Source of the DNA: Macrostomum lignano
Taxonomy: Eukaryota
Reading direction: 5' to 3'
NCBI GenBank assembly: GCA_002269645.1
Contig: NIVC01002783.1
Span: 32,222-96,221, forward strand
Length of the DNA stretch: 64,000 nucleotides
In this document: positions 1-12,601 of the stretch, piece after piece
How positions within the stretch are numbered: the stretch's first letter is position 1
How the letters are laid out: every line of letters begins with the position of its first letter
The notes under the pieces: generated by a model
Told to the model about the DNA's origin: nothing
The model's database searches: none
The model's input: the letters and a program-made list of their open reading frames with translations, nothing else
Made by a program: the position numbers and the translations under genes

Positions 1-1402
1 ATCGCATAGAAGTGGCTGTCAGTGACTGAACAATCGCATAGAAGTGACTGTCAGTGTCTGAACAGCCGCATAGAAGTGACTATCAGTGACCGAACAATCG
101 CATAGAAGTGACTGTCAGTGACTGAACAGCCGCATAGAAGTGACTGTCAGTGACTGAACAGCCGCATAGAAGTGACTATCAGTGACCGAACAATCGCATA
201 GAAGTGGCTGTCAGTGACTGAACAGTCGCAAAGAACTGACTGTCAGTGACTGAACAGCCGCATAGAAGTGACTGTCAGTGACTGAACAGCCGCATAGAAG
301 TGACTGTCAGTGACTAAACAGCCGCATAGAAGTGACTGTCAGTGACCGAACAATCGCATAGAAGTGACTGTCAGTGACCGAACAATCGCATAGAAGTGAC
401 TGTCAGTGACCGAACAATCGCATAGAAGTGACTGTCAGTGACCGAACAATCGCATAGAAGTGACTGTCAGTGACCGAACAATCGCATAGAAGTCACTGTC
501 AGTGACTGAACAGCCGCATAGAAGTCACTGTCAGTGACTGAACAATCGCATAGAAGTGGCTGTCAGTGACTGAACAATCGCATAGAAGTGGCTGTCAGTG
601 ACTGAACAATCGCATAGAGGTGACTGTCAGTGACTGAACAATCGCATAGAGGTGAATGTCAGTGACTGAACAATCGCAAAGAAGTGACTGTCAGTGAATG
701 AATAGTCGCAAAGAAGTGAATGTCAGTGACCGAACAATCGCATAGAGGTGACTGTCAGTGACTGAACAGTCGCAAAGAAGCGAATATCAGTGACTGAACA
801 ATCGCATAGAGGTGACTGTCAGTGACTGAACAGTCGCAAAGAAGTGGCTGTCAGTGACTGAACAGTCGCATAGAAGTGGCTGTCAGTGACTGAACAGTCG
901 CATAGAAGTGGCTGTCAGTGACTGAAAAATCGCATAGAAGTGGCTGTCAGTGACTGAACAATCGCATAGAAGTGACTGTCAGTGTCTGAACAGCCGCATA
1001 GAAGTGACTATCAGTGACCGAACAATCGCATAGAAGTGACTGTCAGTGACTGAACAGTCGCAAAGAAGTGACTGTCAGTGACCGAACAATCGCATAGAAG
1101 TGACTGTCAGTGACTGAACAGTCGCAAAGAACTGACTGTCAGTGACTGAACAGCCGCATAGAAGTGACTGTCAGTGACTGAACAGCCGCATAGAAGTGAC
1201 TGTCAGTGACTGAACAGCCGCATAGAAGTGACTGTCAGTGACCGAACAATCGCATAGAAGTGACTGTCAGTGACTGAACAATCGCATAGAAGTGGCTGTC
1301 AGTGACTGAACAGTCGCAAAGAAGCGAATATCAGTGACTGAACAATCGCATAGAGGTGACTGTCAGTGACTGAACAGTCGCAAAGAAGTGGCTGTCAGTG
1401 AC
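1..1402. repeat. 32-bp minisatellite (ATCGCATAGAAGTGACTGTCAGTGACTGAACA), ~44 copies, runs off the window start
   Basis: Unit read directly; a variant block at 1-95 recurs 928 bp (29 units) later. Confidence 0.95.
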
Positions 1403-2337
1403 ACAGCCAGCCAAATGCAGCCATGCAGAGCTGGCAGTTACCAGGCAAGCCAAGACCGCTAGGGAGGCAATCTGGGCCAAGAACAAGGGCAGAAACTGGG
1501 GCTCAAAACTGAATTTAGGAGATGGGATTCACTTAAAAAATTCAATTTAAATCGGCAGAATACGCTCGTACGTCGCTTCTGGGAATGCGAAATCTGCATT
1601 TGAGCGTCTGGAGAAATCTGGCTTGGGAAAATGATAAGAGATGAAGGCTGACCCACCCCCCACCCCACTGCCTGCCTGCCTGCCGATTTATCGGACATGA
1701 CAGCGAGGGCATCCCGGGATTTGCATAGTAACTACAGCTGGCTGCTCCCCAAGCCCCCTCGTCTGGAGAGCTGAGCTTGGCGCTTTCGCTTATTTTGAAT
1801 TATTCAAGTTTATTAGGGACGGACCAGTGGGCCCGAAGCATTGGCGTACAGGCCTCGGGCCGTGCAATAAGGCAGCCTGCAGTTGCAGTGCGCCACGCCA
1901 ATAGATAAGAAAGTTCATGCGCCATCTCGCTGCCTGCCTGATACTGCATGGCCCAACCCTCTACATTCGAGAGCAAATGGCAAAAACTAATAATCTCATT
2001 TTGGGAGCTGGGGCACGCCACCGCTGGGAAACAGTTGCCTCTAAGATCGAATTGTGCGGATTATATGGCCCCGACAGTCTCCAGGCACTCCAGGCACTCC
2101 TGTGCTGCTGCTGCTTCATGGTCATTCGATTTGTTCGAGAGTAGCTCCGACTCGATTCGGTTTTTGACGCGCGCAGACACGCCAGGCTGATGGCCACTAA
2201 ACAGCAAGCCGCAGTGCACTACTAGCCTTGCATTCGAAAACTACTGAATAAAACCGAGATTCAGACAGGGTTTGCGTGGCAAAAGTTCTTTTTTTCTACG
2301 AATTTCTAATAGCAAAAATGCTATCAACAGTACCTTC

Positions 2338-2866
2338 TGACTGCAGATCTACATGGATAGATCAGAGCTCTAGCTGTAATAACTGCAGATCTACATGGAT
2401 AGATCAGAGCTCTAGCTGTAATAACTGCAGATCTACATGGATAGATCAGAGCTCTGGCTGTAATAACTGCAGATCTACATGGATAGATCAGAGCTCTGGC
2501 TGTAATAACTGCAGATCTACATGGATAGATCAGAGCTCTAGCTGTAGTGACTGCAGATCTACATGGATAGATCAGAGCTCTAGCTGTAATAACTGCAGAT
2601 CTACATGGATAGATCAGAGCTCTAGCTGTAATAACTGCAGATCTACATGGATAGATCAGAGCTCTAGCTGTAATAACTGCAGATCTACATGGATAGATCA
2701 GAGCTCAAGCTGTAATAACTGCAGATCTACATGGATAGATCAGAGCTCTAGCTGTAGTGACTGCAGATCTACATGGATAGATCAGAGCTCAAGCTGTAAT
2801 AACTGCAGATCTACATGGATAGATCAGAGCTCAAGCTGTAATAACTGCAGATCTACATGGATAGAT
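2338..2866. repeat. 42-bp minisatellite, ~12.5 copies
   Basis: Unit CTGCAGATCTACATGGATAGATCAGAGCTCTAGCTGTAATAA; explains ORF 2276..2875. Confidence 0.95.
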
Positions 2867-3709
2867 GCATATTAAGATCAATTATAACTGCCTCGCATGC
2901 AGTCCGTTTCCTTCTCAAACTGACTGAAACTAACAAAGCAAGTTTGAACAGAAGCCGCGGAAGCAGATGCAAGGGGCAGGCAGTGAAAATTGCCAGTCTG
3001 TGAAGGGAAGCCGGGCGCAGGCAGGCAGGCAGGCAGCGGGCTGATGGTAATCCCCAGCAGGATTAAATAATGGCTGTCGGCGAGAGCAAAGAAGCAGAAA
3101 TTTCCAGCTGCGGAAGGGGAAAAGTTGGGAAGTGACTTGCCGAGGCAGGGTGATGGGCTCACCTCTCCGTCTTGCCTCAGGACGATTAAAAACCCAGGAT
3201 GAAGGGCAGGCAGACAGCCAGCAATTCCCATCGAACCAGCTGGGAATTCGCCGCTTCTTTCCGTTTTCCTTTGTTGCCACCCCGGCCTTAATTCCCTGGC
3301 AATGAAATCTCGTTCCATCTATAAAAGTGGCAAGTGAAGCGAGCCGAGAGAAGTAGGCGAAAGCAGAGGCAAGGACCGGGTGTGTGAAAAGATTTTTTTG
3401 GGAAATCAAAAGGTGAGAGAGAGAGACAAAAAGGGGACAAAATCCCCTGGGTGAAGGGGATTTTCTGCTTAGTTAAGCGCCAGACGTTCAACGTGGACCA
3501 AGCTTTGAGCTCAATATTAATTGCTCAATATTTTATCAAGGACTACTAGACTATGCCATAACGAAGTGTTTTTAGTGGTCCTTGTGTTCAATAGCGCTTC
3601 GCCATGACGCATTTCATGAATGAACTCATTGTGTGTTGCAAGTTGAAAATTGAAAAAACGCTATCGTAGCAGGCTTTATAAAAGTGGGATCCCAGCATTT
3701 TTTCATACA

Positions 3710-4095
3710 ATGGATTCCCCCGAGCAGACGATTCAGCAACAGGATTCCCCCAATAGGATTCCCCCAATGGCCCCGAACAGAGGATCCCCCAATGGGATTC
3801 CAACGAGCAGTGGATTGCCACAATGGAATTCACCCGAGCAGAGGATTCCCCCAATGGGATTCCAACGAGCAGAGGATTGCCACAATGGGATTCACCCGAG
3901 CAGAGGATTCCCCCGATTGGATTTCGCCTAGCAAAGGATTCCCCCAATGGGATACCCCCGAATAGAGGATTACCAAAATGGGATTCACCCAAACGAAGGT
4001 TCCCCCAATGGAATTCCCATGACAGGAGGATTCCCCCAATGGAATTCCCATGACCGGAGGATTCCCCCAATGGATTCCCCCGAACAGAGGATTAC
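3710..4095. repeat. Degenerate tandem repeat built on GAGGATTCCCCCAATGG
   Basis: Recurrent core with variable spacers. Confidence 0.85.
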
Positions 4096-5402
4096 CACTG
4101 ATAGGATTGTTAGAGGAGAATTTCTTTAATTATTTATAATTCTCAGGTATAGAGTTTTCTTTGCAAAGCTAAATTGTGTTTGAAAAAATCGACATTCCCG
4201 AATTTCTTATTCATTAATTATGAAATTCAAGATGAGGGCACAGGTGAATGGGAAGAAAAGTTATTGTTATTAGAGAATTTGAATTAGCCTTCAAATCCGT
4301 TATGTCCGCCTGTAAGTCAATCCAATGTTTCTCCACTATTTATCTAATTCACGCTAGCAGGGTCAGAAAAGTCAGTCTCTATGTAAATAAATTCATATAA
4401 TCGAAGTTTTTATAATCATGTACGGCAACTGCGAGGTGCTAGCTAATACATAATCATCATAAATAATTTGTGCAGAGGCCCACCGGGTCTGGATTTATGG
4501 CAGCCGCCTCGTTGGCTATGAAAAGGGGATTTATTATTATATTTTTTATTCCCGCTGCCGGTGTCCTGCCTCAACCAACCCCCCCCCCCCCAGCTGCCCT
4601 CGACGTGATCAGAAAGCGTCAGAGAGAGAGAGAGAGAGAGAGAGACCCCAAATCATTTTCATCATGAAATGAAGTCGCCAGCTAGGAGGCAGAGTTGGGG
4701 AGGCGCACAGGCCATTGTAGGGTGCCGCATTGACGCCAAAGCAGTTGCGAGAAGGCGGAGAGCGCTCGGCTCCCCCTTGTCCGACTCGATCGAGAGCAGG
4801 TCGGTCTCTCTCTCTCTCTCTCTCTCATTTTGCGCTGGGCAACTACTAGCTCGAGGGCGGAGCCTCGCCCTCGCCCTCGCCCTCAGCGCCGTGATTGATG
4901 GCTCTCCCGACGCCATGGGCCTGCTGTCACCATGATTCCCTTTAATATACGCTCGGAGCAGCTCTCCTGCTGCTCTCTATGCATCCTTGACTCTTTCAGT
5001 GCGTGTCTCCTGTCTCTGCGCTCCAAACTTCTCTCTCTGTTTGACAACGATGTGTTTGCAGCTTGTTGATGAGGCTGTTGATGTCTGATGCTACACTGTG
5101 TAGGGCCTGGATTTAGTACACGGCATGTATCTAGATAGAATTACATAGATTTTATGAGTAGCGCTAGAGAGATAATAGGAATGAATTCAGGGCTATTAAT
5201 TGGGGCAGCAATTATCAAAATTGATGCACTAGAGCAGTCATTAAGTGAAACTCGCGCAAATCCGGTATGAAGTATGGATTTTTTTTAAACTGAATTAGCA
5301 ACTCTTTTTTATAGTATATAATGCGACTGACTTGTGTGACAATCTGAATGGCTTAGCTATGTCGCTACCAGCTAGCCAGTTTTCTGGGGGCTGCCGCCAA
5401 CC

Positions 5403-8232
5403 CAGGGGTCGGCAAACTTACTTGAAGGATCAGATTGAGAATCTAGCGCATGACTGCGGACCAGAGGAGGGGAGAGAGGTGAGGGAATAGAGAAGAGAGA
5501 TAAGTGGAGGACTCGAGGAAATACAGGAGAAGAGAGGAGAGGAGGGAGAAGAGAAGGGAGAGAAGGGTGGGGAGAGGAGAAGAGAGGAGAGGAGAGGAGA
5601 GAAGGAAGGGAAGGGAGGGGAAAGGAGAGAAACGAGAGAAGGGAGAGAAGGGAGGGGAGAGGAGAGGAGAGAGAAGAGAAGGGCGAGAAGGGAGAGAAGG
5701 GAGAGGAGACGAGAGGAGAGGAGAGAAGGGAGAGAAGGGAGGGGAGAGGAGAGGAGAGGAGAGAAGGGAGAGAAGCTAGAGGGGAGAGGAGAGGAGAGGA
5801 GAGAAGGGAGATAAGGGAGGGGAGAGGAGAGAAGGGAGATAAGGGAGGGGAGAGGAGAGAAGGGAGATAAGGGAGGGGAGAGGGGAGAAGGGAGATAAGG
5901 GAGGGGAGAAGAGAGGAGAGAAGGGAGATAAGGGAGGGGAGAAGAGAGGAGAGAAGGGAGATAAGGGAGGGGAGAAGAGAGGAGAGAAGGGAGATAAGGG
6001 AGGGGAGAGGAGAGGAGAGAAGGGAGAGAAGGGAGGGGAGAGGAGAGGAGAGAAGGGAGATAAGGGAAAGGAGAGGAGAGAAGGGAGATAAGGGAGGGGC
6101 GAGGAGAGAAGGGAGATAAGGGAGGGGAGAGGAGAGGAGAGAAGGGAGAGAAGGGAGGGGAGAGGAGAAGAGAGGAGAGGAGAGGAGAGAAGGAAGGGAA
6201 GGGAGGGGAAAGGAGAGAAACGAGAGAAGGGAGAGAAGGGAGGGGAGAGGAGAGGAGAGAGAAGAGAAGGGCGAGAAGGGAGAGAAGGGAGAGGAGACGA
6301 GAGGAGAGGAGAGAAGGGAGAGAAGGGAGGGGAGAGGAGAGGAGAGGAGAGAAGGGAGAGAAGCTAGAGGGGAGAGGAGAGGAGAGAAGGGAGATAAGGG
6401 AGGGGAGAGGAGAGAAGGGAGATAAGGGAGGGGAGAGGAGAGAAGGGAGATAAGGGAGGGGAGAAGAGAGGAGAGAAGGGAGATAAGGGAGGGGAGAAGA
6501 GAGGAGAGAAGGGAGATAAGGGAGGGGAGAAGAGAGGAGAGAAGGGAGATAAGGGAGGGGAGAGGAGAGAAGGGAGATAAGGGAGGGGAGAGGAGAGAAG
6601 GGAGATAAGGGAGGGGAGAGGAGAGAAGGGAGATAAGGGAGGGGCGAGGAGAGAAGGGAGATAAGGGAGGGGAGAGGAGAGGAGAGAAGGGAGAGAAGGG
6701 AGGGGAGAGGAGAGGAGAGAAGGGAGATAAGGGAGGGGAGAAGAGAGGAGAGAAGGGAGATAAGGGAGGGGAGAGGAGAGGAGAGGAGAGAAGGGAGAAA
6801 AGGGAGGGGAGAGGAGAGGAGAGAAGGGAGAGAAGGGAGGGGAGAGGAGAGGAGAGAAGGGAGATAAGGGAGGGGAGAGGAGAGGAGAGAAGGGAGAGAA
6901 GGGAGGGGAGAGGAGAGGAGAGAAGGGAGATAAGGGAGGGGAGAGGAGAGAAGGGAGATAAGGGAGGGGAGAAGAGAGGAGAGAAGGGAGATAAGGGAGG
7001 GGAGAAGAGAGGAGAGAAGGGAGATAAGGGAGGGGAGAGGAGAGGAGAGGAGAGAAGGGAGAAAAGGGAGGGGAGAGGAGAGGAGAGAAGGGAGAGAAGG
7101 GAGGGGAGAGGAGAGAAGGGAGATAAGGGAGGGGAGAGGAGAGGAGAGGAGAGAAGGGAGAGGAGAGCAGAGAAGGGAGATAAGAGAGGGGAGAGGAGAG
7201 AAGGGAGATAAGGGAGGGGAGAGGAGAGGGGAGAGAAGAGAAGGGCGAGAAGGGAGAGAAGGGAGAGGAGACGAGAGGAGAGGAGAGAAAGGAGAGAAGG
7301 GAGGGGAGAGGAGAGGAGAGGAGAGAAGGGAGAAGAGGGAGGGGAGAGGAGAGAAGGGAGATAAGGGAGGGGAGAGGAGAGGAGAAAAGAGAAAGGAGAG
7401 AAGGGAGGGGAGAGGAGAGGAGAGGAGAGAAGGGAGATAAGGGAGGGGAGAGGAGAGAAGGGAGATAAGGGAGGGGAGAGGAAAGAAGGGAAATAAGGGA
7501 GGGGAGAGGAGAGGAGAAAAGAGAAAGGAGAGAAGGGAGGGGAGAGGAGAGGAGAGGAGAGAAGGGAGAAAAGGGAGGGGAGAGGAGAGGAGAGGAGAGA
7601 AGGGAGATAAGGGAGGGGAGAGGAGAGAAGGGAGATAAGGGAGGGGAGAGGAGAGGAGAGAAGGGAGAGAAGGGAGGGGAGAGGAGAGGAGAGAAGGGAG
7701 ATAAGGGAAAGGAGAGGAGAGAAGGGAGATAAGGGAGAGGAGAGGAGAGAAGGGAGATAAGGGAGGGGAGAGGAGAGAAGGGAGATAAGGGAGGGGAGAG
7801 GAGAGGGGAGAGAAGAGAAGGGCGAGAAGGGAGAGAAGGGAGAGGAGACGAGAGGAGAGGAGAGAAAGGAGAGAAGGGAGGGGAGAGGAGAGGAGAGGAG
7901 AGAAGGGAGAGAAGGGAGGGGAGAGGAGAGGAGAGGAGAGAAGGGAGAGAAGGGAGGGGAGAGAAGAGGAGAGGAGAGAAGAGAGAGAAGAGGAGAGTAG
8001 AGAGAAGAGAAGGGCGAGAAGGGAGAGAAAGGAGAGAAGGGAGAGAAGGGAGGAGAGAGGAGAGAAGGGAGAGAAGGGAGGGGAGAGGCTAGAGAAAAGA
8101 GAAGATATGAGATTAGAGAAAAGGGAGCTGAGAAAAGACAAGCCCTGAGCGGGCCGGATTGCTATTATGAAGTTTCAAAGGACCCGAGGGCCGGATAGAG
8201 AGGCTTCGCGGGCCGGAGTTCGCCAACCCCTG
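5403..8232. mobile_element. Non-autonomous hAT-like element (MITE) with an expanded ~2.6-kb GA-rich interior
   Basis: Terminal inverted repeats CAGGGGTCGGCAAACT (5403) and AGTTCGCCAACCCCTG (ends 8232); related end sequences at 33520-33574 and 44235-44390; no TSD found. Confidence 0.65.
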
Positions 8233-9289
8233 CACTAAGCCCCTGATGTCGCCCGGGTGACCAGGGTGTAAATTTTCTCCGACTTTCAAAACGTCAGGCT
8301 CCTGATGAACAGCAATGCATAGAGCTTGGCTTAACCAAGAACAGTAGCCCACTGAGAAAGAAAAAAAGAATAGCTATACGCGCATAATTCTACTCATAGC
8401 GGTGCATTAAGACTTTTTTCATTATATTGTAAAAAGCTAAAAGCTAAATTCAGTTTATAGAGAACGCGAAATGAGCGGGGTGGGTAATTTTTCTGGCGGC
8501 GCAATTTCTGTTCCGCGGAGAAAGTTTTTTCTTGCATTGCCTCGAATTTTGAGCATCCACCACCCGCTCTGAGCTGGGAGGCGCTGGTGATAGCGGACTC
8601 CGCCACGACAGGATAACTTGCATCGCGAGTCGTCTCCGGCATTCCCTTGGGCGTCGTATTTCAGCGCTCAGCAGTTCGGGGTTGGGTGGAGGCCTGGTTG
8701 GAGTCGCGCGAAGCCAGGCTGCATTTAAAAGCCCGTCAATTATTGACACCGAGCTCGAGCACCCCTGAAAACCACTGGCCATGTTGCCCTGAGTATTATT
8801 CGTGTCTAGACAAAGGCATACAATTTATTTCGCTGAGTTCTTGACAGTTGAGCTGCCTGCTGGGCACGCATTGGAACAGAAGTAGGCAACTGTCAGCTGC
8901 AGTCGGTCTTACAAGTGGCATTGGACGCGATCACTAAAAAGCCCACGCACCGCGTTGAGTTGAGAATAGTTTTTGGCTGGGACACGCGGTCAAAACGACG
9001 CTCTTGGAGACCGTTGTGTCTAGGAAAACTTGCGAGAACTCACATGGACAAATATGGTAAGCGGAGCTTCAGTTTAATAAAAATTAGACTGCAATGTACA
9101 GTCAGGTTACCCTGAAAGTACGAACTTCTGCAAGCCGGCTGCTGAAAAAACCAATTTTCGCTTAGAAGAATCCTTAAAAGTATAATACGTGGAGCCACCG
9201 TGAATAGAGTACTTCATATATCTTTATTGATATGACGCCATCTTTATGACACCACTTAGTGCCTTAATCTGGAGCTCTCACTCGCACGT

Positions 9290-10410
9290 CTTGAATGCGC
9301 ATCCAGATGGAGTGAAAAACCTCTTGTTGGTTCACGCATCCAGATGAAGTGAAAAGCCTCTTGTTGGTTCACGCATCCAGATGGAGTGAAAAGCCTCTTG
9401 TTGGTTCACGCATCCAGATGGAGTGAAAAGCCTCTTGTTGGTTCACGCATCCAGATGGAGTGAAAAGCCTCTTGTTGGTTCACGCATCCAGATGAAGTGA
9501 AAAGCCTCTTGTTGGTTCACGTATCCAGATGGAGTGAAAAACCTCTTGTTGGTTCACGCATCCAGATGGAGTGAAAAGCCTCTTGTTGGTTCACGCATCC
9601 AGATGGAGTGAAAAGCCTCTTGTTGGTTCACGCATCCAGATGAAGTGAAAAGCCTCTTGTTGGTTCACGCATCCAGATGGAGTGAAAAGCCTCTTGTTAG
9701 TTCACGCATCCAGATGAAGTGAAAAGCCTCTTGTTGGTTCACGCATCCAGATGAAGTGAAAAGCCTCTTGTTGGTTCACGCATCCAGATGAAGTGAAAAG
9801 CCTCTTGTTGGTTCACGCATCCAGATGGAGTGAAAAACCTCTTGTTGGTTCACGCATCCAGATGGAGCTAACAACCTCTTCTTGGTTAACGCATCCAGAT
9901 GGAGCCAACAACCTCTTGTTGGTTCACGCATCCAGATGGAGCTAACAACCTCTTGTTGGTTCACGCATCCAGACGGAGCTAGCAACCTCTTGTTGGTTAA
10001 CGCACCCAGATGGAGCTAACAACCTCTTGTTGGTTCACGCATCCAGATGGAGCTAGCAACCTCTTGTTGGTTCACGCATCCAGATGGAGCTAACAACCTC
10101 TTCTTGGTTCACGCATCCAGATGGAGCCAACAACCTCTTGTTGGTTCACGCATCCAGATGGAGCTAGCAACCTCTTCTTGGTTCACGCATCCAGATGGAG
10201 CCAACAACCTCTTGTTGGTTCACGCATCCAGACGGAGCTAGCAACCTCTTGTTGGTTAACGCACCCAGATGGAGCTAACAACCTCTTGTTGGTTAACGCA
10301 CCCAGATGGAGCTAACAACCTCTTGTTGGTTAACGCACCCAGATGGAGCTAACAACCTCTTGTTGGTTAACGCACCCAGATGGAGCTAACAACCTCTTGT
10401 TATTTCACGC
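9290..10410. repeat. 37-bp minisatellite, ~30 copies, two sub-variants
   Basis: Unit CACGCATCCAGATGGAGTGAAAAGCCTCTTGTTGGTT on the left; GAGCTAACAACC variant on the right. Confidence 0.95.
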
Positions 10411-11757
10411 AACTACTAGCGCGTAGATGGAGTTAAAAATCTTGTTTGTTCCAGCCCCACCGAGCCAGTAAATTTTTACTCGTAGCAAAATTTTTAGCGA
10501 AAATCATATTTTTCGATGGTCTATTGCTGGATTTGAAAACAGGAAAACAGTTCTGCTCCAAGCACCCTGTTGGAGAACTAAGGTTGCTGAACTGTGTGTG
10601 TGTGTGTGGGTGTGTTTGCTAGAGGGTTAGAGTCAGCAATCTTGCAGAAACTTGATGTTGCGGATTAGCTCTCAACTTAATCTGCTGCAGCTATGCAGCC
10701 AGTGCAGCCTATTCTATGTTGAGCTTTCCCTCGCTCAGCACTTCTCACTTTCTCTGCGTGAAGCTCGCTGCTCTAATTCAGCTCAGTTCATGCGCTGCCG
10801 ATCAGAGAGAAACCAGCTGCCCCCGCAAGTATCTCTTTGATTTTGATTGACAGCTATGCGCCCCAGTTGAGTCCTGGCAGTTCAGCCAAGTGAATGCGAG
10901 ATCTTCGATCCGTCTGAAGCGCCATTCTGCGCTTCCGCCTGCGCCAACAAAGAAGCAGCGGCAGAAAAGAAACTTTCTGAGTGCGAAATCAGCAGGTTTC
11001 AGCCTCTGCGCCTCATCTTTGCCAGGATAGTGAGGAGTTGCCATGCGGGCGGCCGCACAGAGGACAGAATGCCGGGGCGGGAGAGGGCTCGCATGGGGGA
11101 AAGTTCAGCTCACGTCGCCACTCAAGACTGGCTGTGAGGATCGGCAGGGGGTCGCCGATACCCCAGCCCCGGAGTAATTTAAGCATTAAGCCACTAAAAC
11201 ATACTGGGAAGGCTGGAATGAGCTTAGAGTGGCTCAGAGAGAACGGGGGCGGGTTGAGTCAATGCTGTCCTAGCAACAGCCATGATAGTGCTCTGGGATA
11301 TGGAGCTCATGCTCAGAGTGAGTCGAAGTTGAAGCAGAGTTCCCTTCTTTACCATATAGCCGAAGTAGCTGCAGAGGAAATCATTTTGCCCGCGTGGCCG
11401 GGGCATTTTTTAGAGACATTGTCAAAGCCCATACTTATCATTTCGTATGCTGCTTATTCCCTCTAATCCCCCCAACTCCCCCCCCCCGATTTGCAGTCGA
11501 ATGAATCAGAATACAATGATCTATCTTATTAGAGTGGGCCAAACAGACTAACTCTGATATGAGATGCATTTCAATATTCCAGCAACTCCCGCCTCTCTTC
11601 TTTCAGAGCCGCGGTTGGGGGCGGTGGGGCAGTAAATTAATTGGTCCAACCTCATCAGCACTTGGGCAAAAAACCTCTTTCCCCCCATGGAGCATTAATT
11701 TCAGATGAATTGGTTCTGCAAATACGCGTATGTGGCTAAAAAGAGGAGGACAGACTG

Positions 11758-11767
11758 ATGGGGACAG
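11758..11767 (+). CDS. Candidate alternative first micro-exon of the stomatin gene (M-G-T-G)
   Basis: ATG GGG ACA G|GTGAGT: consensus phase-1 donor compatible with exon 17845. Confidence 0.3.
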
Positions 11768-12601
11768 GTGAGTAAGTTTGCGCACACCCAGGGAACGCAG
11801 CTGAGTCCCCGTGTGACCTCCTCTTCCTCCACTGCGGCGGCAGCTGTTTCCAAAGGAAAAACAAGATCGCGTTTTTCTCCAACAATTATCTTTTTTTCTG
11901 CCCTCCCCCCTCTCTTGACGACCGCGACTTGCGTGAGCGCCCACTGGGCGGGGAGTGGGTTCCGCGGAGAGGAGCGCAGCAGTTTAGGATCACGTGACAG
12001 GAAATCGGAGCAATAGCGCGTTAGTGCAGGTGGGGAGGACGGTGGCCGCTCTGTGCCCGCTCCTCCGGACATAACTTCCCCCCCCCAGAATGGCTTGAGT
12101 CTTTGCCTCGCAACTCTCCCTTGTTCTGCCCCACCCATTTTTGGTCTCCCCTCCTCTCCACCTGAGCGATAGGGGAGTCAAATGCAAGGAAATCAAATTC
12201 CAGAAAAAATGGCTCTTCTGCCGCCCTGCTGCTGCTGCTGCTGCTACCGCTGGCGCACTTCAAGAAGAGACTCCACAGCAGCGGCAGTCCCGGCCTTCTC
12301 TGTCTCTCGCTTTCTCTCCCAGCCAACTGGGTGCCGAGGCGGCCGCCCCTGTCCTTCTCTCCCACCCAGCCATTCCGGCCACCCGGCAGATCCCCCTAAA
12401 TCCTCTCAAAAGCAAGCACTAGCCAAGGCTGAGTCGATTCAGCCCAGGAGCAGCAGGCGAAGAACAGTTTAGAAGCATTTCTTCTTCTTTTTTCCGCCTA
12501 AAAAAGGAGTTAAGGACCCGTCTTCCTATACTCCAGTCACCGCCTCACGGGGAGGAGGCAAGTGTCACGGGCGACAAGGATTTTCTTCCTGCATGCAAAG
12601 C

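Noticed and set aside
1-1402. CRISPR-like appearance of this and other regular arrays
   Set aside because: Units are contiguous with no unique spacers, there are no cas genes, and the context is eukaryotic.
2276-2875. 199-aa Cys-rich repeat ORF (CRSTWIDQSSSCNN)n
   Set aside because: It is the translation of a 42-bp minisatellite from a GTG start, with no flanking exon or domain evidence.
4662-4935. Overlapping ORFs on both strands in a GC-rich patch with GA/CT microsatellites
   Set aside because: There is no recognisable domain or splice link; it is more likely a regulatory or low-complexity region.
5430-8141. 903-aa S/L/P-rich ORF
   Set aside because: A CT-only strand cannot form stop codons; this is the low-complexity interior of a MITE.
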